Assembly (NCBI GenBank): GCA_951406725.2
Contig: OX597827.1
Location: 38,192,001-38,256,000, forward strand
Reading direction: 5' to 3'
From: Octopus vulgaris
Taxonomy: Eukaryota
DNA length: 64,000 nt
Both the position numbers and the translations under genes were made by a program. A model generated the notes under the pieces. The model worked only from the letters and a program-made list of their open reading frames with translations. It was not told the origin of the DNA and searched no databases. Of the stretch, positions 49,193-62,430 are shown one piece after another. How positions within the stretch are numbered: the stretch's first letter is position 1; the number at the start of each line of letters is the position of its first letter.

Positions 49193-50938
49193 AGTTTACT
49201 ATCGAAAGAGCACATTAGTAAAAAACACCATCTCGACTGGAAATCCATCAAAGACCTATCAGGCAAAAATTCTGGGTCATCAATTAGAATTAAAGGGGGA
49301 TCAGCTAAGAAGCGTTTAGAAAATTGGTCAACCCACTTTAAAAACCTCCTTGGGAAGAATGCCAAAATCCCTGATAACCCCACTCTCCCAAGTGTGCCTA
49401 TATCAGACACGCTGGACATCAACACCTCCCCTTTTACCATATTTGAACTAACAGCAGCCACCAAGCAACTAAAAGCCTCGAAAGCATTTGATCCCGACAA
49501 CATTCCGGCTGTGATTTGGAAGGATGATAGATTTCACACACTTTTGCTTAACCTCTGCAACCACACACTTTCCACCTTTGTCGCTCCAAAGATTTGGCAC
49601 CAGTCTCAAATCATTCCAATACCCAAAAAAGGCGATTTGTCCCTCGTCACCAACTACAGGGGCATATCTCTAATGTCAATTGCTGCAAAACTGTACAACA
49701 AACTGATCCTAAATCGTCTTGTCCTTTTTGTCGAACCTTTGCTCCGAAAGAACCAAAATGGATTCAGACATGGGCGCTCAACGCTGAGCCAGATACTATG
49801 CCTGCGCAGACTTATTGAAGAATCAAAAGCATTTAATCGCGATCTTGCAATGGTATTTGTAGACTTTTCTAAAGCGTTCGATTCTGTAGATAGGTGCAAG
49901 ATGTTTGAAATCCTTAAGCTCTATGGGATACCAGACAAAATTATTTCTGCCATCAAGGTCCTCTACACAGATACGTCTTCAACCATCTTAACCCCTGATG
50001 GAGAAACATCATCTTTCTCGATCGAGGCCGGAATACTGCAGGGAGACACACTCGCCCCATTTCTTTTCATCATTGTTGTTGATTATGTGCTACGTATGTC
50101 AGTTGATACCATCTCTGGCAAGGGCTTTGAAATAAAACCAAGAAGAAGTTCCAGACACCCAGCTGAGTACTTGACAGACACTGACTTTGCTGACGACATC
50201 GCTCTTATCAGTGATTCTCTCTCCAATGCCCAGTCTCTTTTACAATCTCTTGAACAAGCCTCAAATTGTGTAGGTCTTTACCTTAATGAGACCAAAACTG
50301 AATACATAAACAAGTGCCTGTCCAACAGTGATTGCATCATCCACACTCTCAACAGTGCACCTTTAAATATGGTTTCTGATTATAAATATCTTGGGTCATA
50401 CATATCATCATCTGGAAAAGACTTTCTAACTAGAAAGGGTATGGCCTGGTCAGCCTGTAATGACATGCATAAGATCTGGTCATCAAATCTAAGTAGAGAC
50501 TTCAAACTTGAAATATTCAAAGCCACAGTCGAACCAATCCTACTATATGGCTCAGAAACCTGGACGTTATCAAAGAAGCTTGAGAGGCGGTTGGATGGAA
50601 CCTACACTTGCCTCCTTATGAGAGCTCAAAATCTCTCGTGGAGGCGCCATCCAACTAAAGTGCAAATATATGGGAAATTACCACCTGTGTCATCTCTTGT
50701 GAAGGGTAGGAGAGTCCAGTTTTCTGGACATTGTTGTAGAGCTGAAAAAGAAGTAATTTCTACTCTTCTCCTCTGGAAGCCATCTACTCGCAACACCAGA
50801 GGGCGCACACTCTCCTACCCTGATGTAATCTCCAGGGATACAGGCATCCAGCAACAGGACCTCCGTAATGCTATGATGGACCGTGAAGTCTGGCGCAACA
50901 TGGTAAATTCCATTGTCTCGACCACGGTCGAACAATGA
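49193..50938 (+). mobile_element. 5'-truncated RTE-type LINE with intact 581-codon RT-containing ORF
   Basis: [66 protein letters not shown]; the stop is part of a (TGA)3 tail; (TA)n on both sides. Confidence 0.92.
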
Positions 50939-50944
50939 TGATGA

Positions 50945-51014
50945 TATATATATATGTATATGTATATATGTATATATATATATGTATATATGTATATATA
51001 TATATGTATATATG

Positions 51015-51045
<31 letters not shown>

Positions 51046-51239
51046 TTATATATATATATATATGTATATATGTATATATATATATGTATATATGTATATA
51101 TATACATATATATGTATATATATATATATATGTATATATTTGTATATATATATGTATATATGTATATATATATATATATATATATACGTATATATATATT
51201 ATATATATATATGTATATATATATATGTACATATATATG

Positions 51240-51272
<33 letters not shown>

Positions 51273-51365
51273 GTACATATATATGTATATATATATATAT
51301 ATGTATATATGTATATATATATGTATATATATATATACACGTATGTATATATATATATATATACG

Positions 51366-51408
<43 letters not shown>

Positions 51409-51479
51409 GTATGTATATATATATATGTATATATATGTATATATATATATATACGTATGTATATATATATATACGTATG

Positions 51480-51510
<31 letters not shown>

Positions 51511-51586
51511 GTATATATATATATGTATATATATATATACGTATGTATATATATATATATATACGTATGTATATATATATATATAT
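50945..51586. repeat. (TA)n/(TATG)n microsatellite, right flank of the nest
   Basis: Simple repeat. Confidence 0.95.
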
Positions 51587-52079
51587 TAACCACCAATCTG
51601 CTTTGCTTTCCTTCTTTTTTCTCTATGCCACCCTAAAAACATCGCCATTCCCGCCCGTTTTCTCTAAAGTACCTTCAATCCTTTAATTCGATCTTCACCA
51701 TTCGCGGTGCGCCCGCCCTTTCCCACCCCCACCACCAATACTGGTGAACACTGTTCTCACTGTTCACACCATCTACACCGGATATGCCCTCCCTCACCAC
51801 CATTATGTGTCTCTCCCTCCTACCCCTCCTCCTCACATGCTTTCAGTGTGTAACCCCCCACCAAGACAAGCAGCTAGCCCAGCAGCTCATCAACCCCCCC
51901 ACCTATCCTACGTTTCCTCCTGTTTTTGAATCTGTCACTGCCTCAACCGGCTATCTCCTTCCAGTCCCCTCCCCCACTCGTGAAGTCCTACGTTTTATTT
52001 CCTACGAACCTGCATCAACCCTAGCTGTCATCGTTCCTCACCCCAACCCTCCCCACTGGTGCTTCCCTATATTACCTGC

Positions 52080-52380
52080 ACCCCCAAAAAGCACCATCCG
52101 AACGTGACCGATGCCAGCGCCGCCTTGGCTGGCTTCCGTGCCGCTGGCACGTTAAAAGCTCGAACTGATCATGATCGATGCCAGACCCACCCTGGCACCT
52201 GTGCAGGTGGCACGTAAAAGCACCCACTCCACTCGCGGAGTGGTTGGCGTTAGGAAGGGCATCCAGCCGTAGAAACTCTGCCAGATCAGACTGGAGCCTG
52301 GAGCAGCCCCTGGCTTCCCAGACCCCGTCCAACCCGTGCTAGCGCGGAAAACGGACGTTAAACGATGATGATGATGATGA
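52080..52380 (+). mobile_element. RTE-tail retroposon
   Basis: gtggcacgtaaaagcacc repeats, ggagtggttggcgttaggaagggcatccagcc, (GAT)n tail. Confidence 0.8.
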
Positions 52381-53877
52381 TATATATATATATATATACA
52401 CTCACGTATACATATATATATATATGTATGTATGTCTTTGTGTCTTTACTTAACTGGTGTTGGCATGTTCACGTCCCTGTAACTTAGAGGTTTGGCAAAA
52501 GAGACAAATAAAATAAGTACCAGGCTTGGAACAATCAAACTTATGGAAAGAATCAATGGATGAAACCAAAGGATTCAAGGAACCAACAATATATTTGAAT
52601 GGTATTACAAACAAGTTTCTTTATTCTTTCTTTTTCTTTTCCTCTTTTACCCTAATGTTAATCTTGCTTGATACTGGGATGCTACTTCAATCAATATGTC
52701 ACTTCATCCAACACTGGAATCCTGTAACCAGTTAGCTGTGTTCCAGAGGACTCTTTCCTCCAATGAAGAATCTAGTGATAAGAAGCAGATCCTTTAGCAT
52801 TCAGATTATTTTGTTAAATACAATGCTTATTTATTCAATTTTTTAAAAATTTTATCATGTATTTACATGTTACTTTGGGATTATGAAAATGTGTTTGTTT
52901 ATTTGTAGGATGACTTTAAAGTATAGGTGTGAGAGGTCGGATTTGGCCAGTAAAATCCATTAAAGTGGAAGAATATTTGGGCTGGATATGGCCAGTTTAA
53001 ATGCTAGAGGGTTAAACTCAGAATCCAAAGAATTGGATTCAGAATTCAAAGATATGGCAGATCATTCTGTCTGATGGCGTAACAATTTTGCAAATCCACT
53101 TCCCTACACTGATTATCTAATGATCACCTGACTCCACGTCAACCCCACCCCAAAAGAAAGAACATCAAAGTAGACTTTGGAGAATTTGAACTCAGAATCA
53201 AGAAATCTAGAACAAATACTTCAATTACATTGAGACTCACTAATTTGCTTGGAAGTTCTTTTACAAGATCACAAGCCAATGTAGGTACCAATACATGATA
53301 CTCTAAAGGGTAAAGACCCCCTTAAGTCACAAATGAGCCCCCCACCAAGGCACAACTCCAAGCAAGGTAGTTAGTGGAAGACCAGCAATTGCCCATGCAT
53401 ACCAGCTTCCCTTCTCTATGCCACTGATGTCCATGAGAAAGGCAAAGGCCAATACAGCTTGGTACCAGTGACACCACAGCTCATTTCTACAGCTGAGTGT
53501 GAACTGGAGTAACATGCAATAAAGTTCCTTGCTGAAGAACATAAAGCCCAATCTAGGAATTAAACTCACAACCTCACAATTATAAGCCCGATTCTCTAAC
53601 CACTGAGCTGTGTGCCTTCACATGATACTCAGCATGATAGAAATAGTAACTGATTCTCCTTCAAATTATGCTCTGTGTTTGTTCATTGGACACATGTTTA
53701 TTCTGTGCAAGTTTGGGTTAAAGCAGGAGTTATTGAAGCAAATTTTATGACCAGATGCTCTTCTTGTAGTCAGTACTCACCTGTTGCTCATACACCTGTC
53801 TTCACCTTTTGTTTTTCTATAAATTTCAACTATATAAGTATATATATATATTAAGTATATGATTGTAGTATATGAGA

Positions 53878-54270
53878 GTGTAGTGGGTGCTTTTTACGTG
53901 CCACCCGCACAGGTGCCAGACAGAGCTGGCAAACGGCCACGAACGGATGGTGCTTTTTATGTGCCACCGGCACGAGGGCCAGGCGAGGCTGGCAACGGAC
54001 ACGAAACGGGGCGGTGCTGGCAACAGTCGTGAAACAGAAGGTTCTCTTACATGCCACCGGCACTGGTAACACATCTGCAATTTCCATTGATCGATTTCGA
54101 TTCTGATCCTCACTTGCCTCAACGGGTCTTCACAAGTAGAGTTTCGACATGCCACCGGCACTGGTAACACATCTGCAATTTCCATTGATCGATTTCGATT
54201 CTGATCCTCACTTGCCTCAACAGGTCTTCACAAGTAGAGTTTTGTGTCCCAAGAAGGGAAGGTATGCATA
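53878..54270 (-). mobile_element. RTE-tail retroposon copy with 98-bp internal tandem duplication
   Basis: Reverse complement of 37311-37547; the unit starting atgccaccggcactggtaac recurs at 54051 and 54149. Confidence 0.8.
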
Positions 54271-54519
54271 CGTATGGGATAAAATATATATCACATTGAA
54301 CCATTAATCCCAACACATTTTTTCTCTTTTTCTCTTTTCATTCTCTCTGGGGTTTTTTCCCTCTCAATCCTTTCTGTCAAAGAGTATAGGCTCAAAATGT
54401 CAAAGACTTTTCTATTCTTCCTGAGTGTTAAACTAACACACCTGCTTGTTGTTCCCTCACCTGTCTTCATCTTTTGTTTTCTGTAATTTGAACTAAATAC
54501 ACACATATATGTATATACC

Positions 54520-54899
54520 TCTCTATATATAAACGGCAGTTTGTCTGTGCGTGTTTCTGTGTGTCTGTTTGCTTGTACCCTCACCCTGACCACGGCTTTC
54601 AACCGATTCTGATGAAACTTGACACACACGTAGCCCAATGTCATAATTCAAAACTAACGCAGCGAAAATTTTGAAAAGTTCCCCCAGTTCTGAAAAAATC
54701 GATAAATTCGACATGGGGTCGAGAATCAGAAACACAAACCGCAAACTGTCTAGGGGACGCAACTCCACCTTTTTTTACTCTCAAAAAAATTTACCATAAT
54801 TTTTTTCCATTTTTTTGCTATTTTTTGGCTATAACTCTCTAAAAATGCTTTATAGTTATTTCCCTTACAAACCTGAGTAACGCCGGGCGATACTGCTAG
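54520..54899 (+). mobile_element. Non-autonomous Helitron
   Basis: 5' TCTCTATATATAA, (TG/CTGT) tract, 3' hairpin cctgagtaacgccggg + CTAG|T. Confidence 0.8.
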
Positions 54900-54916
54900 T
54901 ATATTATATATATATA

Positions 54917-55712
54917 GCGCAGGAATGGCTGTGTGGTAAGTAGCTTGCTTACCAGCCACATGGTTCCGGGTTCAGTCCCACTGCGTGGCACCTTGGGCAA
55001 GTGTCTTCAACTATAGCCTTGGGCCAACCAAAGCCTTGTGAGCGGATTTGGTAGACAGAAACTGAAAAAAAAACCCCGTCGTATATATGAATATATATAT
55101 GTATGTGTGTGTATATGTTTGTGTGTCTGTGTTTGTTCCCCTAGCATTGCTTGACAACCGATGCTGGTGTGTTGACGTCCCCCGTAACTTAGCGGTTTGG
55201 CAAAAGAGGCCGATAGAATAAGTTCTAGGCTTACAAAGAAGAAGTCCTGGGGTCGATTTGCTCGACTAAAAGTGGTGCTCCAGCATGGCCACAGTCAAAT
55301 GACTGAAACAAGTAAAAGAGTAAAGAGTAAAAGGGGCACGAATGTGGCTGTGTGCTAAGAAGCTTGCTTCCCAACCATGAGGTTCTGGATCCAATCTCAC
55401 TGTGTGGCACCTTAGGCAAGTGTCTTCTAGTATAGCCTTGGGCCAACCAAAGCCTTGTGAGTGGATTTGGTAGACATAAACTGAAAGCAGCCCATCGTGT
55501 GTGTTAGTGTTTGTTGCCTCACCATTGCTTGACAACCAGTGTTGGTGCATTTATGTCCCCATAAATTCGTGGTTTGGCAAAAAAGGGATCAATAAAGTAA
55601 GTACTAGGCTTACAAAGACTAAGGCCTGGTGTTGATTTCTTTGACTAAAACCCTTTAAGGCAGTGCTCCAGCATGGTCTCAGTCAAATGATTGAAACAAA
55701 AGAGTAAAGGAG
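54917..55712 (+). mobile_element. Two tandem tRNA-headed SINEs, major family
   Basis: Full copies at ~54917-55330 and ~55335-55712. Confidence 0.85.
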
Positions 55713-55738
55713 AATATATATATATATATATATATGCA

Positions 55739-56817
55739 CTAGCTGAATAGCCCATCGTTGCCGGGCAATTTTTACAATAGAATGCCTTATGCAAATCTTT
55801 ATTTATTCCCTGTCAGAGTATGCCTTCCCTGACAGATAAACCTCTTAATCCAGACAGATTCGTGCAATTTTTCACCAAAAAACTTTGTTGAAGATTTTTC
55901 TCTTTTTAAATTTACATGTCTTTTCGACCATTTCACATGATTTTATTCATTAAAACTTCAGAAGTTCTTACAACTTTGGTCATTATAATGCTTTGCTTTC
56001 ATTTTGTGATAGATAGCTATCATGCTTCCAAATCCTGATTTCTGATTAGGTAAAATTGATTAAACTTTAAACTTCAGTAACATTTTTCTGCAATTTTTCT
56101 GGAACAAATGAATAACAAAATCGGACTTAGCGTGGATAATTATTTCAGTTTACCAAAATTTGAAATTTTGATGTAATTTTAAAATCTCACAATATGTTTC
56201 AGCAACAGGGAAGACCATTCAAAAGTAGAGAGACAGACAGTTATAAGACATCATACACACACACACACATTTACAAATGTACACACAGATAATCACAACT
56301 TTAAAATGGTGTATAGTAGACATATGTATGTATGCATGCACATATGTATGTATATATATGTATGTATGTGTGTGTCTATGTGTGAGTGTTTTTTTGCTAT
56401 GGACAGCGGAAAAGCCACCTACTCCCTCTCTCCTTAAAGCTACGTATTCCTCACACCCTGCTTTCTTTTGTGTGTTGTATCTATGTATTTACAAAAGTAT
56501 GGATGCAGTGTCACATGTATATGACAGCTGTAGTAACGTTACCATCCCATTCTTACTGCTGTTCTTGCCTTCATTGATATAAGTCAGCCTCTCTCTGTTA
56601 CTACCTTTCCCTCAGACTAATAATTCTGTAAGCTTCTCATTCTAATTCGCCCAACGCCCCTGTGGGGTACATTATAGATTTTTATTGAAATCCAATTAGC
56701 CTGTTATTGAACTGGTTGTTAGTGTAACATGTATGCAAAGTTTTGTGAATATTGGTTCACTGGTTTAGGCACTAAGATGGTAACAGACAGACAGAAATTG
56801 CCATTTATATATACAGA
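55739..56817 (-). mobile_element. Non-autonomous Helitron, ~1.08 kb
   Basis: Minus strand reads A|TCTGTATATATAA...(CTGT)n; 3' hairpin gcccggcaacgatgggc + CTAG|T. Confidence 0.75.
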
Positions 56818-57729
56818 TTACATATGGACGAGGACAGCTGCATAAAGAAGTGCTGATCTCTAACTATGGAAGGAACCTATGGAAAAAAATAGACCCAGGA
56901 AGACATGTGATGAGGTGATGAAGCATGATCTTTGAATGTTGGGTGTCATGGAGATGGTGACAAATGATTGAAACCTTTAGTAATTTACTGTGCTTGAGAA
57001 GACACCTCAAATCAAATGAAATCATAGTCTGGCCAGTGCTGGTGACACATAAAAGACACCCACTACAATCTTGTACTTTCAGAATGAAATACTGACACTG
57101 TTGCAATCTTGAAATTAATGAAAATGTAAGTTACAAGGAAGATAATGTTTTGCAAAATCTTATCTATGTCAATGATAATATAGATTATAGAGTTATAAAT
57201 GTTGCATAACACTAAAAAATGCAGTGGTTGGAGTGGTGGGTTCTAGGAAGAGCATCCAGCCATAGAAATCAAGCCAAATCAGACAGGAACCTAGTATAGC
57301 TCTCTGACTTAACAGTTTGTCAGACCTTCTAACCCATGTCAGCATGGAAAATGGATGCTAAATGATGATAATGATGATGGTATACACACAATGGACAGGC
57401 TTTTACACAGTTGCTATCAACCAGATTCATTCATAAGATATTGGTCACTCAGAAGTGATAATAGAAGACACTTGCCCAAGGTTCTATGCAGTGAAAGAGC
57501 ATGGTTGCGAAACAAATTTCTTTATCGCATTGCTGTGTCTGTATCTGCTCTACAATCTTAAAAAAAAAATCAAAGGTCACATTGGATGTTACAATCTTAG
57601 TTAACATATATCTGAAAAGAAAAGATGGAATGGGCATAAATGGAATGTCTTTGATCATAGCTTTTGTTCCATTCTAAGAGGGCTAAACAACCAAGAACCA
57701 TAAAGAAGAGTTGAAAAAATGTTTAATGC

Positions 57730-58011
57730 CATGAGCAATGAAGAAATTCTTGATCTCAGGAATTATTGTTTAAAATTATCTAAAAATAAAGAATTTTCAA
57801 AAATTATCAAATAAAAATTTTCAAACATATATAAATAAAGAAAAAAAATTTTTTTTTTAAATATGGGGGAGGACAAAAAACAATATTTCTGAGTTGCTTC
57901 TTTTGTACATTTGAAAAAAATTTTTTTTTTAATTTTTGTTTCTGTAACTGAAGATAACAAGAGCAACAACGGAACCAACAGAAGCAATGAAACCAACCAT
58001 CTATCATAGAC

Positions 58012-58073
<62 letters not shown>

Positions 58074-60150
58074 TATATATTCACGCATACACACACACAC
58101 ATATATATCTGTGTGTGTGTATGTATACATTTATATATATGTACATATGTATAATATAAATTGTGTATATTATGACATATATGCATATTTATGTGTTTAT
58201 GTATATAATTATATATACTTATAAATTATATATGATGTATATGTGTGTATGTGTATATGTGCATGCATGTATGTGTGTATGTATATATATATGTATGTAT
58301 GTATGTATGCATGTATGTATGCATGTATGTATGTATTTATGTATGTATATGCCACAAAAAATTTTAAAACTCAATGCACATTAAATATCAGAATCACTTT
58401 TGATATCTGGTAAAGCAGTAATGTGTAAAAAAAAAAATCCTTTTGTTTGTTTGTTTTGTTTGTTTTTTGTTTGGTTATTTTTTTTTGCAGATTTTTAACG
58501 AGAATTATTCCACAGATATTTTCATTTTTCCCAATCAATCACAAAAATGGTAAATGGCTTATTTGTTTGTTTAAGTTGTTTTTGTTTGTTTATTTCATCA
58601 TGTTCACCCACTCACACACACACACACACACTCAAGCACACTTTTGGCAGCATGTTTTTTTATAATGCTTTTTTTTTATTGCCATTTCTGTGCGTATGCG
58701 TGTGTGTGCGTAAAAAAAAAGAAGTTCATTTTTTATATTATACACACACAAAAATAGTGTGTATACAGTAAGAGAGAGGAAGAAAGAACCACTGAGGGAA
58801 TATATAAAAAAAATGAAATTTTTTATCCTCTCCCTCTCTCTCTCTTTCTCTCTTACTGCCACAGTACTTGCTCTATCTTGTCCTCACTCTCAACCTCTCT
58901 CTCTTTCTCTCACTCTTTCTTTCACTTGCTTTCTCTCTCTCTTGTTTTCCATTTCTTTCTCTTACTGTTTCTTTCTCTCTCTTTTCTCTTTCTCTCTTTC
59001 TCACTTTCTCTCCCTCTCTCACTGTTATTGTACTCTCACTTTTCCTTCTCTCTCTTTCTTTCTCATTACCAAACACTCTCTCTCTCTCTCTCATTACCAA
59101 ACACACACACTCTCTCTCTCTCATTACCAAACACACATACTCTCTCTCTCATTACCAAACACACACACACTCTCTCTCTCATTACCGAACACCCTCTCTC
59201 TCCCTCTCTCATTACCATTGACACTCTGTCTCTCTTTCATTACCAGTAACACTCACTATATCTTTCTCTCTCATTATCACACTCTCCCTCTCTCTATCTT
59301 CCCCTTCTCCCCTTCTCTTTCCTCCCCTCTCCCCCACCCCCTCTCTCATCAATGGCCATCAATAAAAAGACAGTCTGATCTGCTTGAAAACTATATTTTA
59401 CTTTATTTTACCATTTTCATAGTTCCAGGATTTTTTTTTGCTTTATTTATTCATTTATTTTAATTTTTTCTTTTACATTTCCGGCAGCGACACAAAGAAT
59501 AATGCATTTTTTTTCAGATTTTCTTTCAAATTTTATGCTTTTTTTAAAAACCAAAATTTTTTTTGCCCATTTTGTGTTTTCATTTTTGTAGCTTTTGTAA
59601 TTTCATTTTTATTTTAATGTTTTTTCAAAATGTAAAGAAATAAAATGCAATATCATTGTATGGTTTGTATAGTAATGGTAAGTTGGTCTGATGTGGAATG
59701 GATTTAAATGAAGCATTACTGGTTGTATTGCTTTAAGTGATAGCGGTAGTGGTGATGGTGGTGGTGGTGGTGGTGGCAGTGGCAGCAGAAGCGGTGCCAA
59801 TGGTGGCAGCAATGGCGGCAGCAATGGTGGCAGCAACGGTCATGGTGGTGGTGGTGGTGGTGGTGGTGGTGGTGGTGGTAGAAAGTATGACGATGGTTTG
59901 ACAGTGATGATGATTCTGTTCATGATGTGGATGATGATGATAAAGATGATGATGATGATGATGCAGAGGAGTTACTATAAGGTTACTTTCAGTCGTTATT
60001 ACCAGCAACATAAATCACTACCATCACAATAACAACAACCACAAAGATTTCAGCCACTATAACTCAACTTTACTACTACTACTATAACTACTACTACGGC
60101 TGCTGCTGCTACTACTACTACCACCACCACCACTGCCACCACAATGACTA

Positions 60151-60183
<33 letters not shown>

Positions 60184-60200
60184 CACAACCACCACCATCA
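57730..60200. repeat. Low-complexity tract: (TA/TG)n, (CT)n, (GGT)n, (GAT)n, (ACT)n
   Basis: Successive simple repeats; ~22-bp ctcattaccaaacacac units at 59060-59220. Confidence 0.85.
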
Positions 60201-61321
60201 TAGTCTACACCAGGACAAATCATAATCCTAACTTCTAAATGGTTGCTCAATTTGCCAGAGAGAATAGAAGAGAGCTCTTTGAATCTTTTATAGACTTTGG
60301 TGGCACATTCAGAGCAATTTTCTTTGGCTGGCAGGATGGTGTAGGGTGGAGTGAGGAGAGTCTTCATTCATCTTATATCAGTCAATGGTTCTTTCTCATA
60401 GGATGAAAGGAAGATCACTTAGCTGAAATAATTCTTTGAACTGAACCAACTGAAGAAAATGAAGAACCTGTTGTCGAGTCTTTGATGCAGTTGCATCCTC
60501 GTTTTTCATTCCTGGTTTCTGTAAAGGGGTTGGCATTAGGAAGGGCATCCAGTCGGGAGCTTGAACTCCTTGCAGTCCTCTCGTTTGTTGGATCCTCTCA
60601 AACCATCCGATCCATGCTAGCATGGAAGGTGGAAGGATGCTAAACGATGATGATGAGGAGGAGAAGGAGGATTGATGATGATGATGAGGAGAAGGAGGAT
60701 CGATGATGATGAGGAGGAGAAGGAGGATTGATGATGATGATGATTATGGCAATGATGCTGGTGATGTTGATGATGAACAAGTTAATTTAACCATCTTGGT
60801 CAGGGGTTGATGATGAGACTGATGATGAAGAAGATGGAGCCGTTTTAGCCATGGTCATTGCTATTTGAACGCTGAAAAAGCCAAAGTCGATTATTTGGCT
60901 TCATAGTTGTGGTGGTTGTATAGCTTTGAAGAGGTAGACTATCACTACAACTAGACTATCACTATGACCACAACCACAACACCAACTACCACCACAACTA
61001 CCTCAGAAACTACCATAACCGTAACATCATCATCATGATCATCGTTTAACATCTGTTTTCTATGCTGGCTTGGGTTGGACAATTTGACATGGAGCAGGCT
61101 AGCAGGGAGCCGTCCAGACTCCAGCTGTCTGGTGGCACATGGTGTCTAAGGCTGGATGCTCTTCCTAACATCAATCCCTTAACAGAGCATGCTGGGAGCT
61201 TTTTATGAGTCATCAGCACAGGTGTGTTTATGCAGCATCAGCACAGGTGCGTCAACTCAGCACTGGCATGAGTGATTCTTAAGTGACACTGGCACTTGAA
61301 AGGACAAGCCAATATGTACTT

Positions 61322-61727
61322 TCTCTTTTACTCTTTTACTTGTTTCAGTCATGTGACTGTGGCCATGCTGGAGCACCGCCTTTAGTCGAGCAAATCGACC
61401 CCAGGACTTATTCTTTGTAAGCCTAGTACTTATTCCATTGGTCTCTTTTGCTGAACTGCTAAGTTACGGGGATGTAAACACACCAGCATCGGTTGCCAAG
61501 CGATGTTGGGGGGACAAACACAGACACACAAACATACATACTTATATATATATATATATATATATATACGACAGGCTTCTTTCAGTTTCCGTCTACCAAA
61601 TCCACTCACAAGGCTTTGGTCGACCCGAGGCTATAGTAGAAGACACTTGCCCAAGGTGCCATGCAGCGGAAGTGAACCCAGAACTATGTGCTTCGTAAGC
61701 AAGCTACTTACCACACAGCCACTCCTG
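61322..61727 (-). mobile_element. tRNA-headed SINE, major family, full length
   Basis: Reverse complement of the 8272-8645 type. Confidence 0.85.
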
Positions 61728-61924
61728 TGCCAATGTGTGGCAGACAGCGATTTTACTTAGCTTGACATGTTTTAGCAAGTGCAGGAAATTGTCCCATTTC
61801 CCAGTCCCTTATCATTACCCCACTGAGCCCCAGCGTCCGAAGATCCTTTCTCAACACTTCGTCCCACGTCTTGCCCTTCCACATGACCCTCCACAATTAG
61901 AGCCTTCTTTATGCAGCTGTTCTC

Positions 61925-62430
61925 ATCCATAACCACTACACTAATTACCACAACAACTACTGCAGCCACGACTACTAGAACTAATACCACTACAGTTATA
62001 ACATTAATTACCCATACAACTATTACAAGTACTACTACCACAGCAGTTACTGTTACCTATATCATCATCATCAACACTATCACCATCACCACCACCTCTA
62101 CACAGCACCATCATTAACACAGACACTACCACCTATACACATCCTTACACAGACACTACACTATACTAATGCTAAAGAGCCACTTCCTTAGCAGTATTAC
62201 CACTTATCACTACCGCCACCACAACCAACACAATTGTCACTACAACAACTGTCAAAATTAATGCATTTCACACTACTACAACCGCCACCACCACCACTAC
62301 CATTACCACCACCACCATCACCACCACCACCACCACTGCCAATATCACCATCATCATTACCACCACCACCATCACTGCCACCACCACTACCACCTCTACT
62401 ACACTTCATACTACCACCAACACTCCTCAC
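61925..62430. repeat. (ACC/ACT)n low-complexity tract
   Basis: Simple trinucleotide repeats. Confidence 0.85.
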
